From Amoebophrya sp. A120 (Eukaryota > Protista > Dinoflagellata), in assembly GCA_905178155.1 (NCBI GenBank), contig CAJINV010000009.1, positions 979,415-1,043,414 of the forward strand: DNA of 64,000 nt. Reading direction: 5' to 3'. This document shows, in pieces, positions 52,404 through 63,809 of the stretch. Each line of letters opens with the position of its first letter. The first letter of the stretch is position 1. Below the pieces are notes generated by a model. It was not told the origin of the DNA. It saw only the letters and a list, made by a program, of their open reading frames with translations, and made no database searches. The position numbers and the translations under genes were made by a program.

Positions 52404-55254
52404 CTAGATCAAGTTCTCCTCGAGATCTGGGTTGCTGGTCAAGCGAGCTTCTTTCCAGCCGTACACTCCGCTCGCAACGACGAACGCCATCGCCACCCAG
52501 GCAAGGCACGTGGAAAACGACCACATGGAAAAGATCGCCCCCGAGTTGTCAGAGGCAGGGGACTCGGTTTTCTCTACCAGTAGCTGTTTCATTTTGGGAG
52601 CCAGCGCCAAATTTTGAGAAGCACGGGAGGCTGCTTCTGCATCAATTTTACTTGCTCCGGACGACGTGCTAGTCGAAGACGCCGTCGCGGCGACATGCGC
52701 AGCCGTGTTACCGCCAGCGAGCGCCACTAGCGGAACTTCCTTGAAATCCTTGGACTCAGGTGCGGGCGCGTTATCTTGCATGTCGAAGACCACCTTCAAC
52801 GGTTCATCGGCTTTACCCGGCGCGAACAGTTGGAAGTCGACGAAGCACGGCTCGTCAAAATAGCCCTTGCTCGCATCCGCATTCCCGCTTTTGCCCGTGA
52901 CACAACCATACCTCAGTAATTCAAAGAGATTAAATGCGTTTGTGCGTGCCACCTACACATACGTATGTTGCGCGTAACCACTACAGTTACAGGCACAGGC
53001 TCATCCGCGTTAGTTTTCTATAGCCAGATCATATTTATTAGTACAAAAGTGCTAAAAAAATACCAGACATAGATCATCGGCGCGGCTCCACCGCCTCCGT
53101 AGGCGACACTTCCGAAACGCGATGGCGCGATGCCGGACGAGATTCCGGGAGCAAAAAAGCTCTGCATCCCGATTTTCCCGAGCAGAGTAGTCATCTCTTT
53201 CGGTGACTCCGGCGTCGCGAACACATTGTAGGAGTTGTCCGCGTACACATCGTCGACGAATGTACCCCACTTCGGAATGGTATCGATCTTCTGGTGCAAA
53301 TTGTCCCACTTTTTGCTGAATTCCGAGATGTCCTTGGGCACGGCCTGCTGCTTCTGATCTCCTTTGTAGAAGCCCATGGGAATGGAAATGTCGCACTTGA
53401 ACTGCCAACCGTTGCTGCAGCTCTTCTCCTCACTCCCGGAATACTCGTAAATGTAGTATTGGTGGAAGCACACTCGGTCACTGTCCCCCATAGTGCACCA
53501 GTCGTAGAGGAGAAAGAACGGCTTCGTCGGGTCCGCGTAGCCACCTTTCGCCTGTCCGATGTAGGGCCCCTGCCGAGAGGGAGCTGGATAGGCTGTCATG
53601 GTCGCGAACGACTCTGGTGTGTACAGAAACATCGACTGCAAGATCGCCTCGTGGCCACAGAAGCTGACCATGCTCCCCTTGTCGTACCCGTAAACACAAG
53701 CGTCGGGCGCGTACCAGTTTTCGATCAGCTCTGTGCCCTGCTTCGAGTCCCAGCCGTGCGTCAGCACCACGTGTTTCATGTGCTTCATGTGTTCCTCGGG
53801 CGTGTCCGCCGGCGCTGGCACCGCCTCGACCACTTTCACCGGCGGGAGCTTGACCTCCGGTTCGGGCGCCTGGAATTCGTACACGATCTTGTATTTCCCC
53901 TCTTCATTCTTCTGCACGAAAAAAATGTCGATGAAGCAGGGCGGCCCCAGTGCTGGGTCCTCGTAGATTTGCCACTTCTTCGGGCCCCGCAAGTGCTCTA
54001 AGCACCCGTACCACATGGCAACCGCCGGTGCTGTGGACCCTTTCGGCGTCTCGGAGAACAACACCGTGCCCCGCCGGAACGCGCTGCCCACGCCGTCGAA
54101 GGGCGCGAAGAAGTCCAGAATTTCGCCCTTCTTGTTGGAAAGCACCTGCAGCGACCAATCTTCCGAGCCTGCTGCCGGCAACGGGATCGTCGTGTAGGCG
54201 TCGGGGGCGTAGGCGTCTTTGAGCAGCTTCCCCCAGGTTTTCCCGTCAAACGCTTCGAGTACGAGAAAAACGTCCTTGTACAACTCGGGCGGCATGGCCA
54301 CGGGAGCCGTCACCGAGCCCGTCGGCGATTTGTCGGCGATGGTCAGACCGCCGTGGAGCACGGCAAAATCCGCTGTGATCTTCCACTTTTTCGCGTCAGG
54401 GGAGTACTTGTAGACAAACGCCTGGTGGTAGCACCCCGAAGCACCCGGCAACGGGCTCTCCAGGCACCAACTCCACTGCCCAAATAGGGGCTTTTCCGGG
54501 TCCGTCATCTTCCCTTCTTCAAGGAGGGGCCCGACTGCGAACTGCGCCCCTTCCATCAATTTCATGGTCTTCCTATGAACTGCAAAAGCAACGTACTCGT
54601 ATAAATGCATTACAAATTTCCTTAGCATCAGTGATAAAATTTGTAATGCGGATTTACCTTAAGACAAAAATTTGTAATGCATGATTCCAATACGAGTACG
54701 ATACTTTTGCACAGGATACTTCCACTGCTCCTTGGGGTATTGCTGCAGGGCAGAAATCATGGCCGCGCGGTCGCACACCTGCACCATCGGTGGGCTGCCC
54801 ATCCCGGGATTGGGCTGGTACACGCAGGCGTCTCTGGCGTACCTGTGAAAAACAAATAGAAGCAAACAGGATGAGGCTTTTGTTTTCGATATGCTTTCGC
54901 TTCGTGAGCCGTAGCAAGCAAGAATACTATGTGGTGCAAACACACTTGTTGTCATTGATGCTGGCCCGGAATTATGGCGCTTTTAAAGGGGGCAACCCAT
55001 ACCCAGTTCGAGGAGTGAAAAGACACACTGACGCTCACTCTCCTCGAGAACCAAAAGTCCTCGTGCTCCCTAAAACTAGTGTGGTACCATTCCTCCAGGT
55101 ACTCTTGGCCTTCCTTTGTGTCGAATCCCCGCGTGCCGGCAGTTTTCCAATCATCAAAGAAGCTCTTGGCGTCCGGCGGAGGCACTCCCCCGGCTGCAAC
55201 GCCACAAAAGGTCGCCGAAGCGGCAGGCCAGAAAATTCTACTTCTTCGGGCCAT
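52404..55254 (-). CDS. Secreted/surface protein with a duplicated module (four NTF2/SnoaL-like units) and a C-terminal TM segment, 4 exons
   Basis: Signal-like N-terminus. Recurring WYARDACVY/YAPDAY/WYAPDACVY/YADNSY, WYGC twice and PCF(I/V)D twice; TM segment near the C-terminus. Introns 54843-55087 (GT-AG), ~54574-54723 (TIR type) and 52912-53063 (GT-AG). Fold assignment is an inference. Confidence 0.75.
54574..54718. mobile_element. TIR intron, 145 bp, TSD CTTCC
   Basis: TAT...TGCAAAAG(C/T)A(A/T)CGTACTCGTAT...TGCATTACAAATTT inverted at both ends. CTTCC at 54569-54573 and 54719-54723. Removal gives EQWKTMKLMEG. Confidence 0.92.
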
Positions 55255-55849
55255 GAATTGAATGGTGCTTTTATTCTTGAGGTACAAATTAGTTAAAATG
55301 TTCGATCGAACAGGACGTTAGCGCCTACAAGTAACAAAGAGGCTGATCCCTATTCCTCCTGTAGGTAGTTCTATAGCCGGGTGCGCACACTCAGACTCAA
55401 GACTTCTGCAGGTGAAGATCGCCCCATTGATTTGATACCGTGGAGAAAATCCGGCACGAAGTTCGGCAGATGTTTGTATGCGGAATGCGCTTCATATCTT
55501 TATCTGAGTAAACTTAAGTAAGTACATTGACCCGCATACTCAAAAGTCATTGCATCCCTCCATCGGGGCACTTTGCTTCTCTCGTCTTCTGTGACGGGCA
55601 ATCTGCTGTGGCAGCACCGATTGGAGGCAATATTCAAACCGACAACAAATCTGCGTCGAGGTATTCATTCATTTCGTCGAGAATTGGTGAGATTAACCGA
55701 AATTTTTGGATGGAGAAACACGAAGCGGTGGCTGTAACCACATGTTGGCTTCCGTCTCACCTGTACTTGCTGCGGTTTTCGTTTTGTCCTTACTCGACCA
55801 CCCGGTGGATTCATCATGTTTATAAATTGCATTCGCTTTTTCGGCAGAG

Positions 55850-57424
55850 TCACGTCAAGGTTATTATCGGTGTAGTCACTGTCTCATGCCATTTTCTTAC
55901 TGCTTTTTGATTTTCGGACTGCTCATACAGTTCCGACTCCTCCGCTCGTTGCAGCATCTTCGACTTTTTTCGACAATATTTCGGACAGTTTGCAAATATC
56001 TTGGCCATCCGAATCTTTGTCATTGGCTTCAATCGGTCCAACCAGCTGTCCAAGTTTTGCTCGAAATTCGTGCAGCTTTGAAACATGCAAGACAACTTTG
56101 TTGCGCTTGAGACATCCCAGTTATCCATGGGTTGGTTGTAGGCACGGCAGCCCTCAAACATGCCCGTCATGTCGTGACACTCCCCAACATCCCAGTCCGC
56201 TACGCTCTGGTTGAACGCGGCACAACCGGAGAACGCGAACGATAGGTCAAAACACTTGGAAACGTTCAGGTGGTTCACTGGCTGATTAAAGGCGAAGCAA
56301 TCGCAAAAGAGGGCGCTACCATTCTGGAGAGATGCCGTGTCCCACCCTCCAACCGGTTGGTTGAAGCGGTAGCAGTGGCCGAACATCCCTGATGCGTCCA
56401 CGACGGACCGCATGTCCCAGTCAGATACCTCGGAATTGAAGCGGTCGCAGTTCCCAAACATACCCTCCATGGAAGTGACGTTAGTTGTGCACCACCCGGA
56501 GATGTCGCACTCAAACCAGGCGATGCCTGCGAAGAGTTCTCTTAGGCTGGAGACGCGCGAAACGTCCCAGGTGACCATAGGGCCGTGTTTGTCCGTGATG
56601 TCCTGCCACTTCTGCTCCATCTCCGCTCTCGTCAGGTGCTGGTATGCGGCATTCAGCTCGAAGGAGTGTCCGTCGTCTTTCCTCCAAATAACGCGCTCTG
56701 CCACTATATATTGATGTTCCGTTGTGATACTATCTGTCACCCACTCTCGGTGAATCCAATCTTTTTCCTCAGCCGGAATGGTCATCCAAAAACAGAAAAG
56801 CTCGATCGCGTCATCAAGCTCTGCGCGTGTTGCAAACGGCTCGAACTCCTTCTCGTAAAACCTAACAAACTGGTCTATGTCGCTCGTGCTCGCGACAGCA
56901 GTCGCGTCTTCACCTTCACCTTCTGTATCTGCTTGCTCAGCCTCACAATTCATCTTGTCCATTGTATTTTGTTCATCGGTAATATTTGCGGCCTCCGCAG
57001 CGGATGACAGCTCTGTTGCGGCTGCTAGCTCGGGGAGATCGATCATAAATGTGCGCGGCTTGCGGACCTGCAACGGTTGCAACAGCGCGGAGTGGTCATC
57101 CCGGCCTTGAGCAGCACCTGCAGGTTTGCATATCCCTTCCCCTCCTTCGGAACTCTCTGCCACTTCATCTCCTGTTCTTTCGTCGTTCCTTGCCCGTACC
57201 GCCAACTCCGACCGCGGGTCCACCACGAGCTCGACTAGCTGCCACGCCCGTGGCCGCTCCAGTCCTCTCTCCGACGCAGACCGCGCCGCGACGGCCCGTT
57301 TGATTTGCTCCACCGAGACCTCCGGTGCGTCGAACTCTAACACAATAGTCTGCTCGAAATCGTGCAGACGGTGCAGAGTAAGTGTGTACTTCTCTTCGCC
57401 TTCCACCTCCATGTGCTGCGCCAT
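55850..57424 (-). CDS. BspA-like/DUF285 repeat protein
   Basis: ~7 tandem ~25-aa repeats of the W(D)xSxVxxMxxMFxxCxxFNQ type (WDVSRVSSLRELF, WCTTNVTSMEGMFGNCDRFNS, etc.). Confidence 0.9.
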   Translation of the reverse strand: MAQHMEVEGEEKYTLTLHRLHDFEQTIVLEFDAPEVSVEQIKRAVAARSASERGLERPRAWQLVELVVDPRSELAVRARNDERTGDEVAESSEGGEGICKPAGAAQGRDDHSALLQPLQVRKPRTFMIDLPELAAATELSSAAEAANITDEQNTMDKMNCEAEQADTEGEGEDATAVASTSDIDQFVRFYEKEFEPFATRAELDDAIELFCFWMTIPAEEKDWIHREWVTDSITTEHQYIVAERVIWRKDDGHSFELNAAYQHLTRAEMEQKWQDITDKHGPMVTWDVSRVSSLRELFAGIAWFECDISGWCTTNVTSMEGMFGNCDRFNSEVSDWDMRSVVDASGMFGHCYRFNQPVGGWDTASLQNGSALFCDCFAFNQPVNHLNVSKCFDLSFAFSGCAAFNQSVADWDVGECHDMTGMFEGCRAYNQPMDNWDVSSATKLSCMFQSCTNFEQNLDSWLDRLKPMTKIRMAKIFANCPKYCRKKSKMLQRAEESELYEQSENQKAVRKWHETVTTPIITLT

Positions 57425-58089
57425 GAGGATTTGCGAAAGTAAGGAGCTAGCAGTATCTTACGTATCGTCCCAGTCAGTGTAGTTCCAGGAAGTCGAACTG
57501 ATCTAGCTGCAAGTAAAATGCTGTGCCTCTTCGAAATGCGCGGCTAGTGGAGTCCTATCGTTCTAGTGAAACTTGAAGTCGCAGTTTTTATCATAGTGAA
57601 GTAGAACGTAAAAACAGCCCATGGATCACATACTTGCGTGCCATACAGTAAACATGCACTGTCCTTACACGATGTACGTGTACCTGCCCTGCGATTCAAA
57701 TCATTGCTTTTGCGGCCCTTTTTGTGGAAAATGAAATCCACACGAACTCAAAAGCAAATCGCCTGGACAGTAGAACCAGTTCTATCTTCTCGGCTGACCA
57801 CAGGAGTGAGGACAACATCATGATCTTGAAGTTTTCTGATGCATAGCTCAGCACATCAGCTTTCATTTTCAAGACCAGTTCCAGTATTCCGCTTGAAACT
57901 TTCACGTCTTTTTTTTTTTCATCATGACAGACACTTTTGGTTCGATTAGAAGAGTGATAAATTCCGATCGGTTCGCGCCAAAAGCACGACCTTCAACGGT
58001 ACTGTAGCTCTAGGTTTAAACATAGAAAATTGCATCGCTCAAGAAAGAATTTTATGTACTTGTTACGGCATTACCCAAATAAAATGTTT

Positions 58090-58875
58090 TCACTGCTGAG
58101 TGCAGGTTTTCGAAACCCTTTCCCAACCTTTCGATAAGTTCTTCATCTCTTCTAGGGAGACGGGATAAGCACCAAGAACCTTTATGGATTCCGAAACCGA
58201 ATCACCTCCCGCCACCTCCGTCTCCTGTTCCTCCTCTGCGGATTCTTCTTCAGCAGCTTCGTCCTTTACTGCTATTGTGGCAGGAGGAGGAGGAGGACCT
58301 GTACAACCTTGTGGAAGCTTAGCGACTGCCGAGACAAAGTCTGCGATGTGCTCCTTCCCCGCATCGGGCACAGTGTGCATGGGTAGATCGATTCCCACCA
58401 ACGCTTGCCACTGCTGCGGCGACATGCCAGGCGTCATGTATAGGCTGTGGTAGGCCTTGTCAAACTGAGACTGGGGCGTGGGGGTGGCGAAAGCGTCCAT
58501 TCCTGGCAGAGAACTAAGCACCGCTTGGTCTCTCGTTTTTTTCGGCGCACCAGCCTGCTTCGAGGCAAGCGTAGAGCGAGGTTGGCCATGCATCAACGGC
58601 GACACAAACTCGCGCACCAAGTAGCTAAGGTAGGGTACTTGGTGGAAAAATTTCTGCACAGCGGGGTGCTTTTGGATCATGTACTTGTTTGACGATGTGT
58701 CCTCAGTAGAAGTCGTCTTCCCCGGAACTCCGCTGTGGTCGAGCCAAAGGCTGGCCGCGCAGTTTTCCAAACCAGCTATGGGAAGGCTTTCTGGAGGCAG
58801 GCACTCCTGCTGCATCAGGTACATGAAGGGGGCGATGTGCGGCCGCTCCGTTTCGGACCGAAAAATTTGCCCACA
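58090..58875 (-). CDS. 3' exon of a hypothetical gene; upstream exon lies beyond the window end
   Basis: Protein-like frame CGQIFRSETERPH...KTCTQQ. The ORF-track extension to 59118 lies inside a TIR element and is probably not coding. Confidence 0.65.
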   Translation of the reverse strand, partial: CGQIFRSETERPHIAPFMYLMQQECLPPESLPIAGLENCAASLWLDHSGVPGKTTSTEDTSSNKYMIQKHPAVQKFFHQVPYLSYLVREFVSPLMHGQPRSTLASKQAGAPKKTRDQAVLSSLPGMDAFATPTPQSQFDKAYHSLYMTPGMSPQQWQALVGIDLPMHTVPDAGKEHIADFVSAVAKLPQGCTGPPPPPATIAVKDEAAEEESAEEEQETEVAGGDSVSESIKVLGAYPVSLEEMKNLSKGWERVSKTCTQQ

Positions 58876-58935
58876 TATCAAATGGAAAAATGTCTGGGTC
58901 TGGAAGATTGCCAGGTTTGTCATGCACATTTTGCA

Positions 58936-61900
58936 CCTTGATATTCCCGATTCACACTCGGGGGAATTTTTTCTGGCTTGGAGACCCCCTCCCACCCCCC
59001 CGATCTCGGATGTGCGTGAGCCCAAGAAAGTCCAAGGACTTGAAACATGCAAACATTTATGCGTGAGGGCTGCAGAGTCGCATGAAAAACAAAAAACTCT
59101 GAGCGAGCTGCACCGCACATGCGCGACCGAACGAGCGAGAAGTAATCAACAAGAAACTAGAGATAGAGGTGTGCGGCACCTCAAGGCACTTATGATGGCG
59201 ACGAGAAGATGAAGTAGTTTTGTTTTTTTGAATTGTCAGACATTTACGTATTACGGTATAAAACAGGTCAGCACTACCTCGATTGCGGTGTTTGCAAAGC
59301 GAAGCGGTAGCTGTAAGTTGAATTTTTTGTTCGTCATCATGGAGCTTTAGTGTGTCCACATGAGTGTCGCGGGATCTAAGAGCCCATCTATGCGCCCGCC
59401 TCATGGAGCACGCTGTGTGCCAGGAACGGGGCCGGGCATAAAAAGCGGGGTGCGGCCCCTTGAAATAGGTGGACTTATTATTAATTATTTCTTATATGCA
59501 GCCAAAAGAGAGCACACACGCGCGCGGTGAGTGGGTGGAGTCCTTGGGTGCGGCCCGACCGAAACCACCACTGCACCCGCCTAGAGATAGCAAAAAGAAA
59601 CTTGGTGCTTCCGGGTGCGGCCCATCAGCGAGTAAATAGAGTGGCTGCCTCTAAGGGCGGTAAAAGGTAGAAGCTAAAGGCTAAAAAGTATCTATCAACG
59701 ACCGACCCCGATCAGCCCGTTGGCAAGACGAAAAAAAAACATCTGCCCCTGCAACAAATGCGGGGTCCGCCACCTAGCGCTACAAGGATTCCAGAAGTAA
59801 GCAAGACGACGAGAAAGAAGTAAAAGGGTAGAGACCTGCATCTACGTGGGAACGCGGGGAAAGCAGGGAAGATCCGGCATTTCAGCATGAGGAGCGTACG
59901 AATTTGCGATCTAGCTCCATCGGGGGCGGTAGGTACTCACGAACGAAGAGCAATGGCAACGAAGTGCAGCAGTCTTTCGCGAGACCAAACGAGATGGCAA
60001 GCGAGGTCCGCGCGCCCCCCCTGGAGGTGAGATGCGAGGGTGGCCCTGTATTGTGATCTGCAATCTGCATTAGACCACACAGGAAATGAGGATGTTGGAG
60101 AAGGATCCTAGATGAACATGAGCGACACTAAGGAACGCTCCAACAACCTCAGCCAACCACTGCCCTCGCATTCACAAGAGACCTGCCAAGGCAGACTCAA
60201 CTCCGGAGAATCTTCCCGAAGCCGACCTCTAAGTTCGGCCTGGTCGGCAACGAGGCAATGTCCTCAGGGGCCGTTAGGAACCTCCCGAAACAACCGTCAA
60301 CGAGCTCCAGCGCCAGGAAGCCGCTGACGAGAGAAACGCACAGACTGTTCCCAGTGGCAAGAACAGAAAGGCAGGGACATAGGTGAACCGACAGTGACAC
60401 CAACTCGACCAAGGTAACCCAGAGTTCCGGACCCGGGGAACACTGGGGACCACGCGGCAGGAGCGCAGCACAAAGACGCCTGAAGTGTTCCCAACCGCCA
60501 GTCAAGCAGCAGCCAAAAGTCAACGGAGGCAGCAGCAGAAGCCACTCAGGTACTCCACCGAAGACGAGAGGAGCCGCAAGACCCAGAGCAAGCTCCGACG
60601 GCCACAACAGACGCTTCTACTGTCGCAACACCACTGGGGACGAAGACAGAGGGCAAGGCAAGAGCCTCGCGCAACGGGAATTTCCCACCGAGCCATGTCA
60701 ACGACCTCACATGAGAAGGCGCACCAGGACGGCCACGAGAGGGGATAATCTAAGGCACCCCGCATTCAGCCCCGTCTACACCACCGAGGACGACGAGCAT
60801 CTCTCGTCATTATGTTCACCGGATCCATCGTCAAAAATTCACGTCGTGCACGCCGCTCTGCCTCGAGGCATTGTCACTCGTCCGCTAGACACACTCCCAC
60901 TCCACTTCGATGGAAGGCCAGACATCGCGACAACATAGCACAGCAGGGTTAGGAGTGGCTGTGCTGAGTCGCGTCTGGAGAGGGAAGCTTTAAGGAGCAC
61001 CAGGCTGCCCGATTGTCCTATTTGGGCGAGTTTTGTTGTCGCCCCCGACCGCCCCCCGTCGCGGTAGCTGGCATCACTTCTGCTCGGGGAAGCCGTCTAG
61101 CCCTCGGCCATGGCAGAGGCTTCTGTCTGTCAATCGCATACCGGGCGTCGCATGTGTACGCGGCTAAGGTTTCCGAAGTTGCTGCGTGTCGTCTTTCGCT
61201 CGTAGCAGATAGGTTTGTAGTAAGTATGGAACTGTAAAAGGCAAGGCAGAAATGTGCTTGATCCTGATGCGAGAAGGCTGGAATTAGAGCGGCCATGGCT
61301 GAGCATGACACGACTTTCACTACATCTTCCGCAATACATGAGATGTCAGCATGACAAACCGATGTTTTTGTAGTTTGATTTTCTATAACGCATCACTTGA
61401 CATCCAAGAAAACAGAAGGAAGAGGAAGCTAGAGAAAGACCGAGCTTCTGCCTTGACTTACGCCTCAGATATTTTGTTGGATCCATCCGGCGATGCCGTG
61501 GTGGAAGCTTGCCCCCTCCACCCTGTTTCAACACTACAAGAACTGAGTGCGCCGGCCCACACAATTCGAAGTGATATACGTTGGGCTCCTGCGCTCATGC
61601 TCGTCGTCAGCGTCGATAGCTGCGAGCAACACTTATCTCATCGCCGGATCCGTCGCCGCTCGCTCTCGACGGCACTGGCCTCCGCTCGCATCCGCCGCAT
61701 GGCTCCGCCTAGGTGTGGCCGCGCGACAGCAAGGTCAGAAAGTCTTCGCGCCGCAACCTCGTAAGCCATTCCCACATCGACACTTCTCGTGTACAGCGGC
61801 AGAAACTAGGCGCGGAGCCGCAAGTAGTGAGTGTCTGTTTGTCTTCAGACACGACCTGAAACTGGAAAACTGCTTCGCTGAGCTCGAGTGCGAGGTAAGC

Positions 61901-63806
61901 CCGGGAACGTAACCCGCCGCGCAAACTAGGTGTGGGGCCGCAAGTGACGCACGCCTGTTTGTCTTCAGACACGAGCTGAAAATGGAAAACCACTGCGCCG
62001 GACTCGAGGACTACCTGGGAACTTAACTCGCACCCCTGGCGAGGGCGAGCAGAAACTAGGCGCGGAGCCGCCAGTAGTGAGTGTCTGTTTGTCTTCAGAC
62101 ACGACCTGAAACTGGAAAACTGCTTCGCTGAGCTCGAGTGCGAGGTAAGCCCGGGAAAGTAACCCGCCGCGAAAACTAGGTATTGGGCCGCAAGTGACGC
62201 ACGCCTGTTTGTCTTCAGACACGAGCTGAAAGTGGAAAACCACTGCGCCGGACTCGAGGACAGCCTGGGAACTTGACTCGCACCCCGGGCGAGGACGGGG
62301 GACGCGATTTAGCATTAGAAGAGGGCCTTGCTGTGGGGCTGGCAGTCGATGTCCATCAAGGCCGCGCTTGTTGCTGGATAATCTTATGGTCGCGCTCGGG
62401 ATAGGAAAGCTGGTGCGTAGTGAGGTCTGTTTACTGAGGAGATATACGTTCATGTTATGCGGATCGCCGATCTGAAAAACGCATGACAGAAACACGCCAA
62501 GCACAGGGAGGCAAGGCCGAACAAGACACAACCGAGAAAAAAGAAAACGGAAACCCAATACGCAAGTGGAAAGCGACATGTGCACGGACCTCGCCAGCAG
62601 CTTTGAGCAGACATATCTTGCCCCAGTTGACGACGCGGAGGATGTGTATCGGTTCTCCGCGTTGCACTACCAATTGCACCCAAAAGGAGGGCGCCTCCCG
62701 TCCTGCAGCTGTGCACTAGCATAGACACGTTTGCCGTAGCAACGGGATAGACACGTCTTCATTTTTTCACTGCGAGGAGTCGCCGACGGGCGCGTCCGCT
62801 TTTAAATCGCTCCTTGTCCGCTCGTGATTGCGCTCAGCTCTTGGGCTCGGTCTGGATGCGTCGGCTGTCATCTTGTCCTCATTTCAAGAAACCAGATGTG
62901 TTGCCAGTGGGGTTACATTGAAGTCTCTCACGCGGAGACCAAGACCGCTCCGCTTGCGGCCACCGGGCTTGCGCCTGCGAAGAGTCTGACCCGGCTTCCG
63001 TACGTGGCAGGACCTAGGAACACGGCGACTTGTTCCCAGTTCACAGCAAGCGTTCAACTTTAGGTCGTAGGAGGCTCGCCCAGGTGAAGATGTATAGTAG
63101 CAGACGCAGTCAACTTAAGTACAAGGCAAAGAGACATCGCTTAATCGAACCTACTCAGTGCTTTGAGGTCGTGCTCAGTGCTTTGAGGTCGTAAGCGGCC
63201 CTAATTTTCAGAGACCGAGAGCACCGCCAGAAGGGAGCCCGGCTAGCCGCGTCTCGCGGATTTACGTCCACGCCCATCTTTTCATGACCCGACTGCAGAA
63301 GGCCGGGGGCTGGTTAGCGGGCTGCCGTCACCACCCTGCGTCGCGGCCCCTTCGACGTCGTGCTCCTCCATCGGCACCACGACGACTTCTATTGATTCCG
63401 GTGGCGCTCCCTGCACAGGCGGGAGGCTAGGCTCGTTTTGGGAGGCGCGTTGCGTGTTCATTTCGTCGATCTCGCTGTCCTGCGTCGCGACGTGACATAG
63501 GAACTCACTAATTGCCTGCGAGGGAGCATCGAAGGGGTTCGGAGCAACGTTCTGCGGATCCGATAGCAGCGCATCGATGCGACTGATGTCGATCAACTCG
63601 TGTAGGCCGTCATCGCTTGTACTGGCTCCCACCTCGTCCCGGAAACCTTCGTGGGATCTCGTGATTAATGCCGCGAGAGCCCGCGCTTCTTCGTCGTCAA
63701 CTGGCCGCTCTTCCCGCTCTTGGCGGGCCGGGGAGGGTGGAGGCCATTCGTCTTCCCCCAGGCCTTCTGGCCCTGATGCATCTTCCCCCAGGCCTTCGTC
63801 TTCCCC
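58936..63806. mobile_element. Nested ~4.87-kb insertion flanked by the 15-bp direct repeat CATGCACATTTTGCA
   Basis: Exact repeat at 58921-58935 and 63807-63821. No intact transposase, RT or integrase ORF inside. Confidence 0.65.
61799..62293. repeat. 250-bp tandem duplication made of ~120-130-bp subunits (ABAB)
   Basis: GCAGAAACTAGGCGCGGAGCCGC at 61799 and 62049. CTGTTTGTCTTCAGACACGA occurs four times. Confidence 0.93.
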
Positions 63807-63809
63807 CAT
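63282..63809 (-). pseudogene. Acidic/Pro-rich ORF fragment abutting the insertion boundary
   Basis: ~175 protein-like codons. The ATG falls inside the 15-bp direct repeat, suggesting a 5'-truncated or captured coding fragment. Confidence 0.4.

Noticed and set aside
52912-53063. GGTAT direct repeat at intron ends
   Set aside because: Explained as a canonical GT-AG intron; no TIR or ATA terminus.
61225-61241. TATGGAACTGTAAAAGG resembles an introner left end
   Set aside because: No matching right TIR or GTAAG TSD found.
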